Source: Amoebophrya sp. A120
Lineage: Eukaryota; Protista; Dinoflagellata
Direction: 5' to 3'
Assembly: GCA_905178155.1 (NCBI GenBank)
Contig: CAJINV010000009.1
Location: 2,953,373-3,017,372, forward strand
Length of the DNA: 64,000 bases
The notes below the pieces were generated by a model. It made no database searches and had not been told where the DNA came from. It saw nothing but the letters and a program-made list of their open reading frames with translations. The translations under genes were made by a program, and so were the position numbers. Below are positions 1-12,000 of this stretch, one piece after another; the first letter of the stretch is position 1, and each line of letters opens with the position of its first letter.

Positions 1-77
1 AGCACTTGTGGCCTCCTCATGATACGCCACCCAGCATCACAAGTTTATTCCAGATCCAGACATATTTGCAATGCATA
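1..77. mobile_element. Introner, family A (partial, right end only)
   Basis: Right TIR ttccagatccagacatatttgcaatgcata ends at 77. Confidence 0.8.
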
Positions 78-3000
78 CTCCGGGCGGACAAACTCCCCGA
101 TGTACTCGTCCATGTGCATTTCGTATCCAACAAAAAAACGTTGTTAGTGTAAACTTGTGATGCGCAACATGCAAATTGATTGCGCCTGTTATGCTGTGTC
201 TGCATAGTAGGGTTCATTCAAGGGCGTTTTCGCGTACTAACTGCGCATGACAGGTTTTTGCTGTCATGCGAGAGATATTTGTCATGCTAATCCTCCAAGA
301 AAGTTACATCTACAATCTTTTTTTCGTGGATATTTCGGGTAGCATCTCCAGCTCTCTGGAGCTATCCACAATAAGTCTCCCGTACAACACGTACAATTTC
401 AATGAGTATACAAATGCGGTCTCTGCATGACAAAACTTGGCTCCGATCCTAGTTTAGCATGACAAGGGTTGCACTCCAAATTGGTGAAATTTATTGTGAT
501 GCATCTTGTACATGTAGTACGGGTGGAAATTTGTATTGCATAGGAGCCGCGGTGCTGCAGCACATTTTGCTCCGTTAAGGGCATTTGCTTGTGTGTACCA
601 TCTCGATCCCCCCCTGCCCCAGGAGGCGATACGAAAACGTGGTCCCCGGGAGTTGTAGAAGACGCCGCCGTGTACGGTCCGCTTTGCGCTAGATGCTCTA
701 CATGATTCTGTTGTTTCTCGAGGAGTTGAGGACCACCAGAGGAACTGCCAGCGCTGCTACCCGCTCTGGCTGCGAGCTGCAGCAGATTGCTCACACCCAC
801 TCCAGCCCTGGTTGTGCTCGAGCTCAACCTTGGGCTCGCCGAGGTGCTACCGCTCACTTGCCGACTGTACTCGACTTGCTTCTGCAGCTCTTCCAATCTT
901 TGCTGCCCAAATTCTGTCGTCGAGACGTTCATCAGGTCTGTGTTGCGATGAACAATCCAAGTCGGATCAACCTGCTGCACGAGCACACACGGGTCTTCCT
1001 GTCCCGGCTGGCGGTGGTGGTTCATCCCCGACGAGCCAGAAGGTCCGCCGCACCCCGCCGCGTTCCTGGAAAAGCGGGCTTTATCCCCGTGCGGTCCACC
1101 AGCACCAGCGCCGGTTGTCTCCGCCGGGCTGTGCGCAGAGCCAGACGCGGAACTCGATGCCACCGAGCTAGACTGGATCTGGAAATTCGCACAATCGAGC
1201 CCGTTCATGTTCATGCTCATGGTGTCGAAAACGCCTGCCTGCGGCTATCAACTGTAAAAGTGTCCGGGTCTGGAACATTCTGACGCTTGTCATGCACGTT
1301 TTGCATGAGCCCGGATGTCTGTGATGCATGCCCTAGCATCACAGATTTTTTCAGAGCTTCTTGATGCCTATGCCGAGTGACAAATGCCCTCTCCGCGTAG
1401 CAAAAGTTACACTCCTTTTGGTACTCATGCAGTACAGATTTTTCTGGAATCCAAATGCAGCATGACAAGTTCGCACTCTTCCAGACCCAGACATTTTTAC
1501 ATTTGATAGCGGCCCACCCTGCGCAAGTAGCTGCCCGTTCCAAAGCCAGTCCTGGTTCGGTCTGCTCGTCCCCTGGCCGCCGGCGCCCCCACTCTGGCAG
1601 CTCATGCCCCTCGACGGCCCGCTAGTACTCATTTTTGCACTGACCGCCTCGGCGGAAATGAGAGAAGAGCTCACCTGCGAGAGCGTGCAGACACTCCCAG
1701 GGTCGCGTGTCGGGGCTTGGTCCGTTATGCATTGCAAATATGTCTGGGTCTGGAAGAGTCGGGGTTTGCCATGCACATTTTGCATGACCAGTGTTGTCTC
1801 TGATGCTGATGCTAGCATCACAGATTTTTTGAGAGCTTCTTGATGCTGATTACGCATGAGAAATGCCCTCTCCGCGTGCCAAAAACTGCACTCCTCTTGC
1901 TGTTCATGCAACACAGATGTTTTCAGAATCCGCAGACAACATTACAAGTTCCACTCTTCCAGACCCCGACATATTTGCACCTGTTATCCGTCGTAGTCGT
2001 GCAATACGCCTCGTCAAAAGACTGGGCTGTGTCACATCTACTTTTCAACATCTTGCCACCGTGTGCTTTATCTGAACTATCGCCAAACGCTTTCGGTCGT
2101 CCTGCGGCGCCAGCCGCGTGGTCCTGATTCATCCCTTCCGACGTCTGCTCCGATGAGCCTTCTATGCAATGCAAAAGTATCGTACTCGTACTAATTGCAG
2201 TTATGCATTCCAAATCCAGATGTTACGGTAAATCCGCATTACAAATTGCATTTCTAGTGCTGAGAAAATTTGTATTGCAATCACTACTAGTACGATGCTT
2301 TTGCAGTTCATATCTTCTTGATGACTACTATTCTCCGGAGAAGGGCAACAAGAATCGTCGGGAACAGCAGGTGGACCACAAGCCGGGGAGGATCTAGTAC
2401 AAGCCTCGCCGACATCAGCACTGCCTTGCTTCCGCTCTTGCTGATCCACCACGTTAAGACCCTGCTCGGACACACTGTACAAGCCCGACAGGATGGTTGC
2501 TGTACTAGGATCCACCACTCCCGGCGGAACAAGGTTCTTCTTGCTCACCGCCACGGTTTGATCATGTGCACTTGAAGAGTTCGTAGTTCCGTTCTTTGAT
2601 GTCGCTTGCTCCGAACCGACGTCAGCGCCGTCCTTCATCTCTTGGTCCTCGGCCGCATGTAGTTCGCTCGTCAGAACACGACTGCGGTCTTGTTCTTCCG
2701 GGGGCCCGGCGGCCTTTTTAGGTGCACGAGCCATTCGTGCAGCCGCGGCGCCCTCCCGGTTGTTGTAACCAGCACATTTATCCGAGGAAAAAAACTATGT
2801 TTAGTGGACTAGGTGTCTTGTAGTGACAGCATGACAAATTTGTTCTGCATGAAAGAGAAAAGCTGTCGTGCGCTGCTAGGATGTGGAAACGCATAATATG
2901 AAAAGCTGAGAACTTCTCTTGATGGCTGCCCAGCATGAGAAATGTAACTGTGTTGCGTGCTTTGCATTACAGACGAGTACTCTATACACTTACACAGTTT

Positions 3001-6000
3001 TTTCTTGCATAACGTTCCCGAGCCATGCACTGCTGCAAGCGCGCAAGAATCTCGAGGCGTCGCTCCTCGCCCTCCGCATCTTCTTCTGTGTCAGGCTGGT
3101 TCAAACGGGTTTGTCCAAACACAAGGGATTGCATTTGCAGCGGTTGTTCGGACAAGCTCTCGACATCAAAAACCGCACCTGCGCGTGGTCCACCCCCATG
3201 ATCTCCATGAAAGGAGGATCGTAAGGAAAAATCCCCCCTCCCCATATCGAAAACGTATCCGTCTGAAAATTTGTGATGCGCATTTGTGGCCTCAAATCCT
3301 GTCTGTCTTGCAAGAAGGCAAGTCCAGAAAGCGCTCCGCATTTCGCAGGCGGTTTGTGATGCTGTTGGGCTTAGAGCATACACGTTTGTCATGCTAGGGG
3401 CCTACGTCAAAACCTCTCGACTGAGGCTTGGCATATGCCTGCAGTCCTCTACTGCAAGACAAATCTGATGTGTGTACGAAAATCCAGCATCAGAAACTTC
3501 GTTTCGATATGGGGAGGGGGGATTTTTCCTTGCAATAAGGAGGATCCCACCGACTCGGTTACCGAGGTCTGATCAGAGGTACAACGGCCACCGTTTGCGA
3601 CGACCGGCGGGCCGCCCTGGTGGCTGACAGCGATCATTCCGACCTGAGAGGACGAACCACTGGCACTGCACTGCTCGCTGAACCCGCTGTCCACCCGGGT
3701 GTTGCTTGCCTTGCTGCTTTTGCTCGAGACCCGCTTGTTGGTCGAAGGGGATGGGGCGGCCGTCGTTCCCGTTCTGGATGAGTCTGATTTCATTTCGATA
3801 TCGTGGTTCGACATTTTTGCTGTAGCACTTGCACTTGCACTCTTTGATACAACTACCTGCTCTTCTGGAAAAATCTTGGTGAAAGAGGTCTGCTTTTTCG
3901 AAGTCGACGATGAAGATGCTCCTGCACCAGTAGCACTCATATCCCGCCTGGAGCTTCGAACTGGCGAATTCCCGCTTCTGTTTGAGGAAGCACTGCCGGA
4001 GGATGCAACGATGTCCGATGCGTGGGTCGCACTTCTGGGCCCCTCCAACGCGCTCTGCTCCGGTAAAAACAAGCTGCTGGTGCAGGCGTGGTCTTCTGGT
4101 GCACCAGGAGGGATCATTTTCTCCTCGTCAGTGCCCATACCCTCGAGAACTTCCTGAAGGCACTTTTGCGAAACGTAAATGTTGAACAGTTCTTTCTTGT
4201 CCTCGAGGTTGTCGTGCTCTTCTGCTGCATTGGTGTAGTTCCGGCTATAATTACCGTTTTGCAATGGAGGTTGACCACCGTCCAAAGCTGCGCCTGCCCT
4301 GGAAGCAGGAGCTCCATAGACCGTAGGAGTAACACTAGTACTACCCCCAGCGGCAGGAGCATCTTGCTGATTATACAACGAAGCTCCAGCGTACGTCGCA
4401 GACTTTCTCTTCTGCTTATTACTTTGCTCCACCCCACCGGCACCTGCTCTGACCTTCGAATCATCTGTCCTCCGCAACTGCAAAGCAGTTTCATTTTCAA
4501 AGCCTGGCTCTACAACTCCACCAGATTGATGTCCATCTCCTGGAACGACCGGACTACAGGGTAGAAAATCTTCGGACCAGGCCCGATTTGCGCAAAAGGG
4601 CTTCGTAAGATTCTGGGCACTCGTGTTAATCGGAGAGACTTGTTTTTTTGTCAATCTGGAAGCTGAGCCACCAGAAGACGAACTAGCACTTCCGCCATTG
4701 TTCAAGAGTAGAGAAGTGGGTCGTTGTAGTAGTGCCATCGCGTATTTTTTCGGCAGCTTTAGCTGGATCAACTTGCTTATCAAAAGGAAAAATCCCCCCT
4801 CCCCCTACTTGAAAGGCATGCTTCTCAAAGTTTACGCCGCTGATTTGTGGCCACAAATCCTGTCATCTCTCCTGCAAGAGGGCAAACTCAGAGGCTCCGC
4901 CGCGATTATATGCGGGCGACTTGCAATGCTGCAAGGCCTATAGGGCAGACGTCTGCCATGCTAGGCCCCTATACCGGGAGGCCCTCCCTTAGGCTTACGA
5001 TCTGCGTGCATTCCTTTACTGCAAGAGAAATGTGATTTGTGTACTCAAATACAGCAACACGACAAATTTCGTTTTCGATATGGGGAGAAGGGATTTTTCG
5101 TGCTGATATTGCTCCCACTTCCACTCGACGAGGCGGATGAATCTATTTGGGATAAAAATTGTGCCTGATTTGCTGCCCATTCATGCTGCTCGTACTGTTC
5201 TACATCCATGGCGAGTAGCTTGTCAATGTTTTGCTCTTCGTCTACTTCTTCAACAGAATCTCTATCACCACGACCACCACCATGATGCTGCGGCGCAAGA
5301 GGATCCTCTTCGTTTTGAGCAATTTGAAGCAAACTGCACTCGCCTGACTGCGTGCGGTGCTTCGAACCGCTGCTGCCCGACGTCGAGGAGTGATCTTGCA
5401 ATTGCGAGTAAGGATTGATGTTGGTGCCTGCTGCAGGAGTGTGGCCGTTGTTGCGACTAGTTGTAATATCGCATGAAGATGATGATCTTCCCATTTCGAC
5501 ATCTTGCTCACCATCCTCGCAAGAAGAACCCTTACGCGCAGTGCAGCCGCGCTGCTGGTGCTTATTTGTCCTGCGAGTAGAGGTTTTCTTGCGTCCTCCT
5601 GCTCTGTGTGTATCTTTGTCGTGATGTTCTTCTTGCTCCTCATCGTCCTCATCATGCTCCGAACAAGACTTGGAACGATTTCCCGCGGCAGCGGCCCGGG
5701 CAGCCGCAGTAGAACTACTTTTCGACCGCGAAAAACTTGTTGTCCTTTTGGGGCAACAGGAGTAGTACCCCCGGCGGAGCAGCGACATCCTTTCATCAGC
5801 ACGACCTCCTCCCGCAGCTGCAATCGCGCTGGGGGATGAAGCAGCAACTACCCCTTGTTCATCGTTCGCCCCCATTTCAAGATCTTCAACGCCCCCAGCA
5901 TTTTCGTGCGCCTTCTTTTTGAAAAACGCCCCGATCTCCTTTGCCACACAAAAGTGACACCCTCGACACAGAGCGAAGAACACCGGAAACACCAGGGCCA

Positions 6001-9000
6001 CGGAGGCGAGCGTTGCATGCTGTGTAAAAACGTCCCCACCCCAGAGTTGCATCCGTATGCAAATCTGCATGCCAAAAAAGTTTTCTTGCGGAGCCCCATG
6101 AGAAGCATTTTCTAGGCGCGTGCAGGCGTCTGTGGCGCTAGATTCAGCATGATATGCTAGATTTGTGACGCTGCTGAACTAGCTGAACCAGATTACTACA
6201 CCATGAGGGCAAATAACTTATCATACGAATAAACAACCAAAGCTGGTGGATTTGTCTAGCAGATTTTATCCCATCTTGACTATGGGGTGTCGTGGGCCCC
6301 GTTTTTACACAGGATACGTTGCGATTTGTCGTTTGTAAAGGTGTGCGTCGATCTGTTTCATGATGGTCTCCCGCGAGTTGACCAGATTCGAGCGCCAAGA
6401 GTAGATTTTTAGGTTCAACAGCTGGGGAGAGTTGCAGGTCTGCATCTCCAGGGTCGATTCCTTCTTGCAGTCCTGCAACAGCGGCAAAATTTCGTCTTGA
6501 AACCAGTGCCGAAGAAACTCGTCCGCCCGTTGCGCACTCTCTTCGGATAAAAGCCAGTCGCAGGAACATAAACCCTTGTGCTTGTTGTTCATCTCGCGCC
6601 GGCGGGCAGCTCTGTCGTGGTCTGCCGGGGGTGTATCGATTTGATGGTTGCTGCTCTCGCTCAAACCGACGACGAGAGGGCCAGTAGTTCCCGAGGATGC
6701 GTCGCCACTGGACGTGGAAGCTATGGCGTTCTCAACTGTTACATTCTCAACTGTTGCATGGATTTGTCATGCAAAATTGCCATAAGCAACCGCACGACCA
6801 AGCGGCTGCGCATGACAAATCTCCGAAGGGCTAAACAGCATGGAAATCTGTGCCAAACTTGTGATGCTAGAGTTGCAAGGTCCTCCTTTTCACTTTCGCT
6901 TTTCTTGCATCACAAATTCATGTGACAGTTGAGAATGTAACGTTTGAGAATCCCATAGAAGCACTTCCGGAGGTCGGGCGGGGGTTCCCGCCTCGCAAAT
7001 GACTGTGATTCATTTCGCTAGTACCAGGATCATCTTGGTCAGCATCGGCACTCACAGCTTCTCCGCCGGAAGAAGACGAGGACGAAGTAGAAGTTCTGCC
7101 CGACGGGGGTAAAGTGGACAGCATCACCCCGGGTATGCATTGCAAATATGTCTGGGTCTGGAAGAATGCGACATTTGTCATGCTAGTCTGGCATGTCGAC
7201 ACTAAGCTCTGTATTGCGTCGCGACGAAGAGCTCCTCTTTTGTGTCACGCAAAGTGGCTGCATCTCATGCCGAATACGCAACACAAAGCTGCGGAAAAAT
7301 CTGTCATGCTTGGCGGTGCATATACAGTGTGCTTACTTTTCACTTACATGCATCACAAGTTTCCAGACCCAGACCACATATTTGCAGTTGATACCGGGTG
7401 GTGGAATGCTCTTGAGGACTTGCTCCAGGAGCGTGGTCCCCTCCTCCGAAAGAGCGCCAAGCGGGGAATTCTGGAACGTCGGAATAATTTTGGATTTGAT
7501 TATCCCCAGGAACAAAAAACCAATCTGTCATGCAAGGACCAACGAATTTGTTTTTGTAGGGTGTCGATGTCGTGTTGTTATTTTAATTTTTGTGATGCAA
7601 AATAATTATAATAATACAAAATCTGGTCCGGGCCTCCGTATAAATATAATCTATAGGAGGCCTCTACTAAAATAATTCTAAACGAATGTGCTTAGAAGGT
7701 CTCGTCTAGAAGCTTCGTGTAACAGATTCAGCGCCTCCCCTGTATCTGTACGCCATACCGTCGCGCCGAATGTTATGCTGCACGCCCTGGCGAGCCGCAG
7801 AACAAAGCCGCGCATCCGCTTCAGTGGGATTTTGATACAGAAAGCGTCGACAAGCCCGACTGCCCCTGTTTTCCTGCCCGAAAACAGGGATCAACTCCTC
7901 GGCCATCACTCTCCGGCATGGCAAAGGGGATGGCCAAGAGCTCCCTGGCCATCCCTTTGCCTTCGCTCGGGCAAAAGTGATGGCCGGGAGCTCCTTGGCC
8001 ATCACTTTTTGCCCTTGCTTTTCGCTCGGGCAAAAGTGGTGGCCAGAAGCTCCTCGGCCATCACTTTTTACTCGGGCATGGGACACGGGCTCCTTGGCCG
8101 TCACTTTCGTTCCGGCCGGGCCAAAGTGGTGGCCAAGAGCGCCTCCTGGGTGGCCCATCGTTTCCGGTCGGGCAAAGCGATGGCCCAGGGGTCCTTGGCC
8201 ATCACTTCGCGGCCGGGCTGGGCAAAAGTGACGGCCGCGAGCTCCTTGGCCATCATTTTTGGCCATCATTTTGCCGGTCCAGCAAAAGTAATGGCCCGGC
8301 GCTCAACATCCGGGGCCATCATTTTTCGGCCCGCCGGGCCAAAGCGATGGCCAAAAGCCTCCCCTGGGCCATCACTTCCCGATCGGGCAAAAGTGATGGC
8401 TGGCCAAGAGTTCCATGGCCATCAGTTTTCGCTCGCTCGGGAAAAATTGGTGGCCAAGAAGAGCTCCTTGGATGGGCGCCGCTTTTGGACATCACTCTCC
8501 GGTCGGGCAAAACTGACGGCAGGGAGCCCCTTGGCCATCAATTTCCGCTCGGGCAATCAAAAGCGACGGCGTGGCCAGGAGCCCCTTGGCCGCCACTTTT
8601 CACTCGGGCAAAAGTGAGGGCTGCGAGCTCCTTGGCCATCACTTTCCGGTCGGGCAAGAGTGAGGGCCAGGAGCCCCCTGGCCATCGCTTTCCGGCCGAG
8701 CAAACGTTATCCCCCGTCTCCCGTCCCCGGGCAAAAATGGCGGCCAGGAGCTCCGTGGCCGTCCATGACATTCCGCCCGGGCAAGCAAGGCGATGGCCAC
8801 CCAACAGCAGCTCCATCCTCGGCCACTACTTTTGGCGGCCATCGCTTTGCTTCCGGTCGGGCAAAAGTGAGGGACGAAAGCTCCTTGGCCATCACTTTCC
8901 GATCGGGCAAAAGTGGTGGCCGAGAGCTCCTTGGCCATAACTTTTGGCCATCGCTTTTCGCCCGGGCAAAAGTGATGGGCAAGAGCCCCCCGGCCCTCAT

Positions 9001-12000
9001 GTCCCGGCCAAGCAAAAGTTGTGGCCAAGAACTTCGCAGCGGTCACGTTTGGCCACCACTTTCCGGGCGGGCAAAAGTGATGGCCAGAAGCTCCTTGCCC
9101 AGCCGGGCGGGGCAAAAGTGAAGACGGCGAAGGGCTCCTTGGCCATCACCTCCGGTCGAGCAAAGTTGAAACTTTTGGCCATCACTTTCCGGCCGGGCAA
9201 AAGTGGTGGCCAAGAGCTTGGCCCTCACTTCCCGGTGGGCCCGCCGTGCAAAAGGGGAGGCCAAGAGCACTTTCGGGACGGACAAAAGTGATGGGCCGGG
9301 GCTCCTTCCTTGGCCATAACTTTTGGCCATCGCTTTCCGGCCGGGGCCGGGCGGGCAAAAGTGGTGGCCAAGAACTCCGTGGCGATCACTTTTTGCCACC
9401 AGTTTCCGGGCGGGCAAAAGTGATGGCCAAAGGCTCTTTGCCCGGCCGGGCTGGGCAAAAGTGACGGCGAAGGGCTCCTTGGCCACCACCTCCGATCGGG
9501 CAAAAGTGAAACTTTTGGCCATCACTTTCCGGCCGGGCAAAAGTGGTGGCCAGGAGTCGGGCGAAACTGATGGCCAGGAGCTGCTCGGGCATGCATCGCT
9601 TTCCTTTCGGGCAAAAGTGGCCACTTTTCGCTCGGGCCAAAGTAATGGCCAAGAGCTCCCTGGCCACCGATCACTTTTGGCCACCACTTTCCCGTCGGGC
9701 AAAAGGGATGGCCAAGAGCTCCCTGGCCACCCATCGCTTTCCGGCCTGGCAAAAGTGATGGCGAAGAACTCTCTGGGTGTCGCCTTTCGGCCGGGCACAC
9801 GTGATGGCCAAGAGCTCGCTGGCCGTCAAAGTGGCCAGCGATCGCAGCTTCTCGGCCGGGCAAAGGTGATGGCCAAGAGCCCCGCGGCCATCGCTTTTCG
9901 CTCGAGCAAAAGCGATTTTGGCCATCGCTTTCCGGTCGGGCAAGAGTGGTGGCCAAGAACTCCGCGGCCATCACTTTTTGCCATCGGGCCGGGAAAATGA
10001 ATGGCCAGAAGCTCCCTGCCCATCACTTTTCGGCCGGGCAAAGAAAAACGATGGCGACAACTCCTTGGCCATCACTTTAACTTTTGCCCACCACTTTCCG
10101 GAGGGACGGGCAAAAGTGGTGGCCAAGGGCTCCTTCCTTGGTTGGCCATTACTTTTGCCCAGCGCTTTCCTGTCGGGCAAAAGTGATGGCCAGTAGCTCC
10201 GCTGCCACCGCTTTTCGCCCGGGCATGCGAAAGTCCTCGGCCATCACTTCTGGCCATCGCTTTCCGGTCGGACGGGCAAAAGTGATGGCCAAGAGCCCCC
10301 TGCCCATGCATCCATTTCCGGTCGGGCAAAAATGATGGCCAAGAGCTCCGTGGCCAGCCATCGACTTGCGCTCGTTGGCCATCATTTTCGTTCCGGGCGG
10401 GCAAAAGTGGTGGCCAACCGCTCCTTGCCCGGGCCATCACTTTCGGCCATCGCCTTCCGGTACGGTCGGGCAAAAGCGATGGCCAAGAGCTCCCTGGCCG
10501 TCATTTTCGACCATCAGCCACTTTCTGCCCGCGCGGGCAAAAGTGTTGGCCAAGAGCTCCGCGGCCACCACTTTCGGGCCGCGCAAAAGTGTTGGCCAAG
10601 TGCTCCATGGCCATCATTTTTGCCCATCATTTTCCGGTCGGGCAACCGGGCTGCAAGAGTGGTGGCCCAGAGCTTCCAGGCAGTCACCTTTTGCCGCCTC
10701 TTTCGTTCCGGCCGGGCACGCTTTTGCTTTCCGCCTTCCTTCACTTTTCTCGCGCACGCTTTTGCCTCTCGGCTTCTGGGGCATGGCATGGGCGGGGGTG
10801 CGCGAGGCAAAACCGCGCGAACAGGCCCCCGGAAGCGTGGGGCTCATCCTCATCAAGGGGGGGGCGGGGGTTTTGTTTGCGCCGGCCGCCGAAGCCGCCC
10901 CAGAATAAACTTCGCAACCGGCCCCCTTCGCTTTGCTTGCCGCGTGCGGCTAAAGGGTTGACGGCGGGCCGGCGTCCTGGACGCCGGACCGCAAAAGGCG
11001 TTAAAGCGGCGATGCCGCTAGGGCAAGCGCAAGCGCGGCAACGCGGCTAAAGGGCTGACGGCGGGCCGGCGTCCTGGACGCCGGACCGCAAAAGGCGTCG
11101 AAGCGGCGAGGCCGCTAGGGCAAGCGCAGCCAGGCGCGGCAACGATCTTCCTCGGGGCAGGCAGCGTCATACTTTTCAACCTTCTAGCCGCATTCTACTC
11201 GACTCCAAGCCAAACCTTCTAAACGCATTCCCATGATCTTTAGAATTATTTTTAAATCTACTAGCCCAGCGGGCGTCCTGGACGCCCGCGTCCAGAGGCT
11301 AGTAATAATAAGCAAACTGTGATGGGTTTTATTTTCTGTGGATATCAATCTCGCGGATGACCGCCCGCCTCAGCGTTTCTCTCCACGACGCAGATATCAA
11401 ATGCAAAAGTGTCTGGGTTTGTCATGCATATTTTGCATGACCCAGAATTATGTCTGTAATGCATGACCAAGCATCACAGATTCTGAGAGGCCTTCCTGAT
11501 GCCTATTCCGCATGACAAATGCCCTCCCCGCGTAGCACAAACTGGACTCCTCGTCTTGCTGGTCATGCAATACAGATTTTTTTACAGTCCAGAGTTAGCA
11601 TCACAAGTTCCAACCTTCCAGACCCAGACATTTTTGCAATCCATAGCAGAAGCGTTTTGCAGGTTTTCTTCTGCTTTCTCCCGGTCGTGGCTATCATTAT
11701 AAGTGGGCTGCGCGTCGTGCTCAGGGTCGTGAAGGTTCCCCGCTGGAGCTGGTGCTGGTGCACTACTGGCATTTATTCCGGCGGCCGCGCCAGGAGAAAC
11801 GGTCCCGTGACTATCGCCAGCAGCAGCTGCAGGTCCTGAAGTAGAAGTACTCATCGAATTAGCAGAATTATCACTACTTCCGATCATATTAAACTTCTCG
11901 TCGGCAACCTCTTCCGCCAGCACTTCCATCTCGTGCGACAAAGCAGACAGACACCCATACGCCTCCCGAGATTGGGTGACCAGACCCGTGTTGCCGTCCA

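Larger units (their letters stand above)
7622..11302 (+). mobile_element. Non-autonomous Helitron/Helentron-like element with central satellite
   Basis: 3' hairpin gcgggcgtc-ctg-gacgcccgc (11269-11289) followed by CTAG then T; candidate 5' A|TC at 7621/7622 (alternative 7649/7650); subterminal inverted repeat aaaataattctaaa (7669-7682)/tttagaattatttt (11239-11252); no TSD. Confidence 0.6.
7501..11344. mobile_element. Introner expanded to 3.8 kb by a nested insertion
   Basis: tatccccaggaacaaaaaacc...ggttttattttctgtggata; degenerate TSD ttgat/tcaat; exons join in frame (AVIREI|ESKIIPTF). Confidence 0.72.

Noticed and set aside
7688-11050. Overlapping ORFs with AKVMAK / WPSL / GHHF repeats
   Set aside because: They are by-products of a stop-poor, GC-rich palindromic satellite; open in all six frames with frequent frameshifts.
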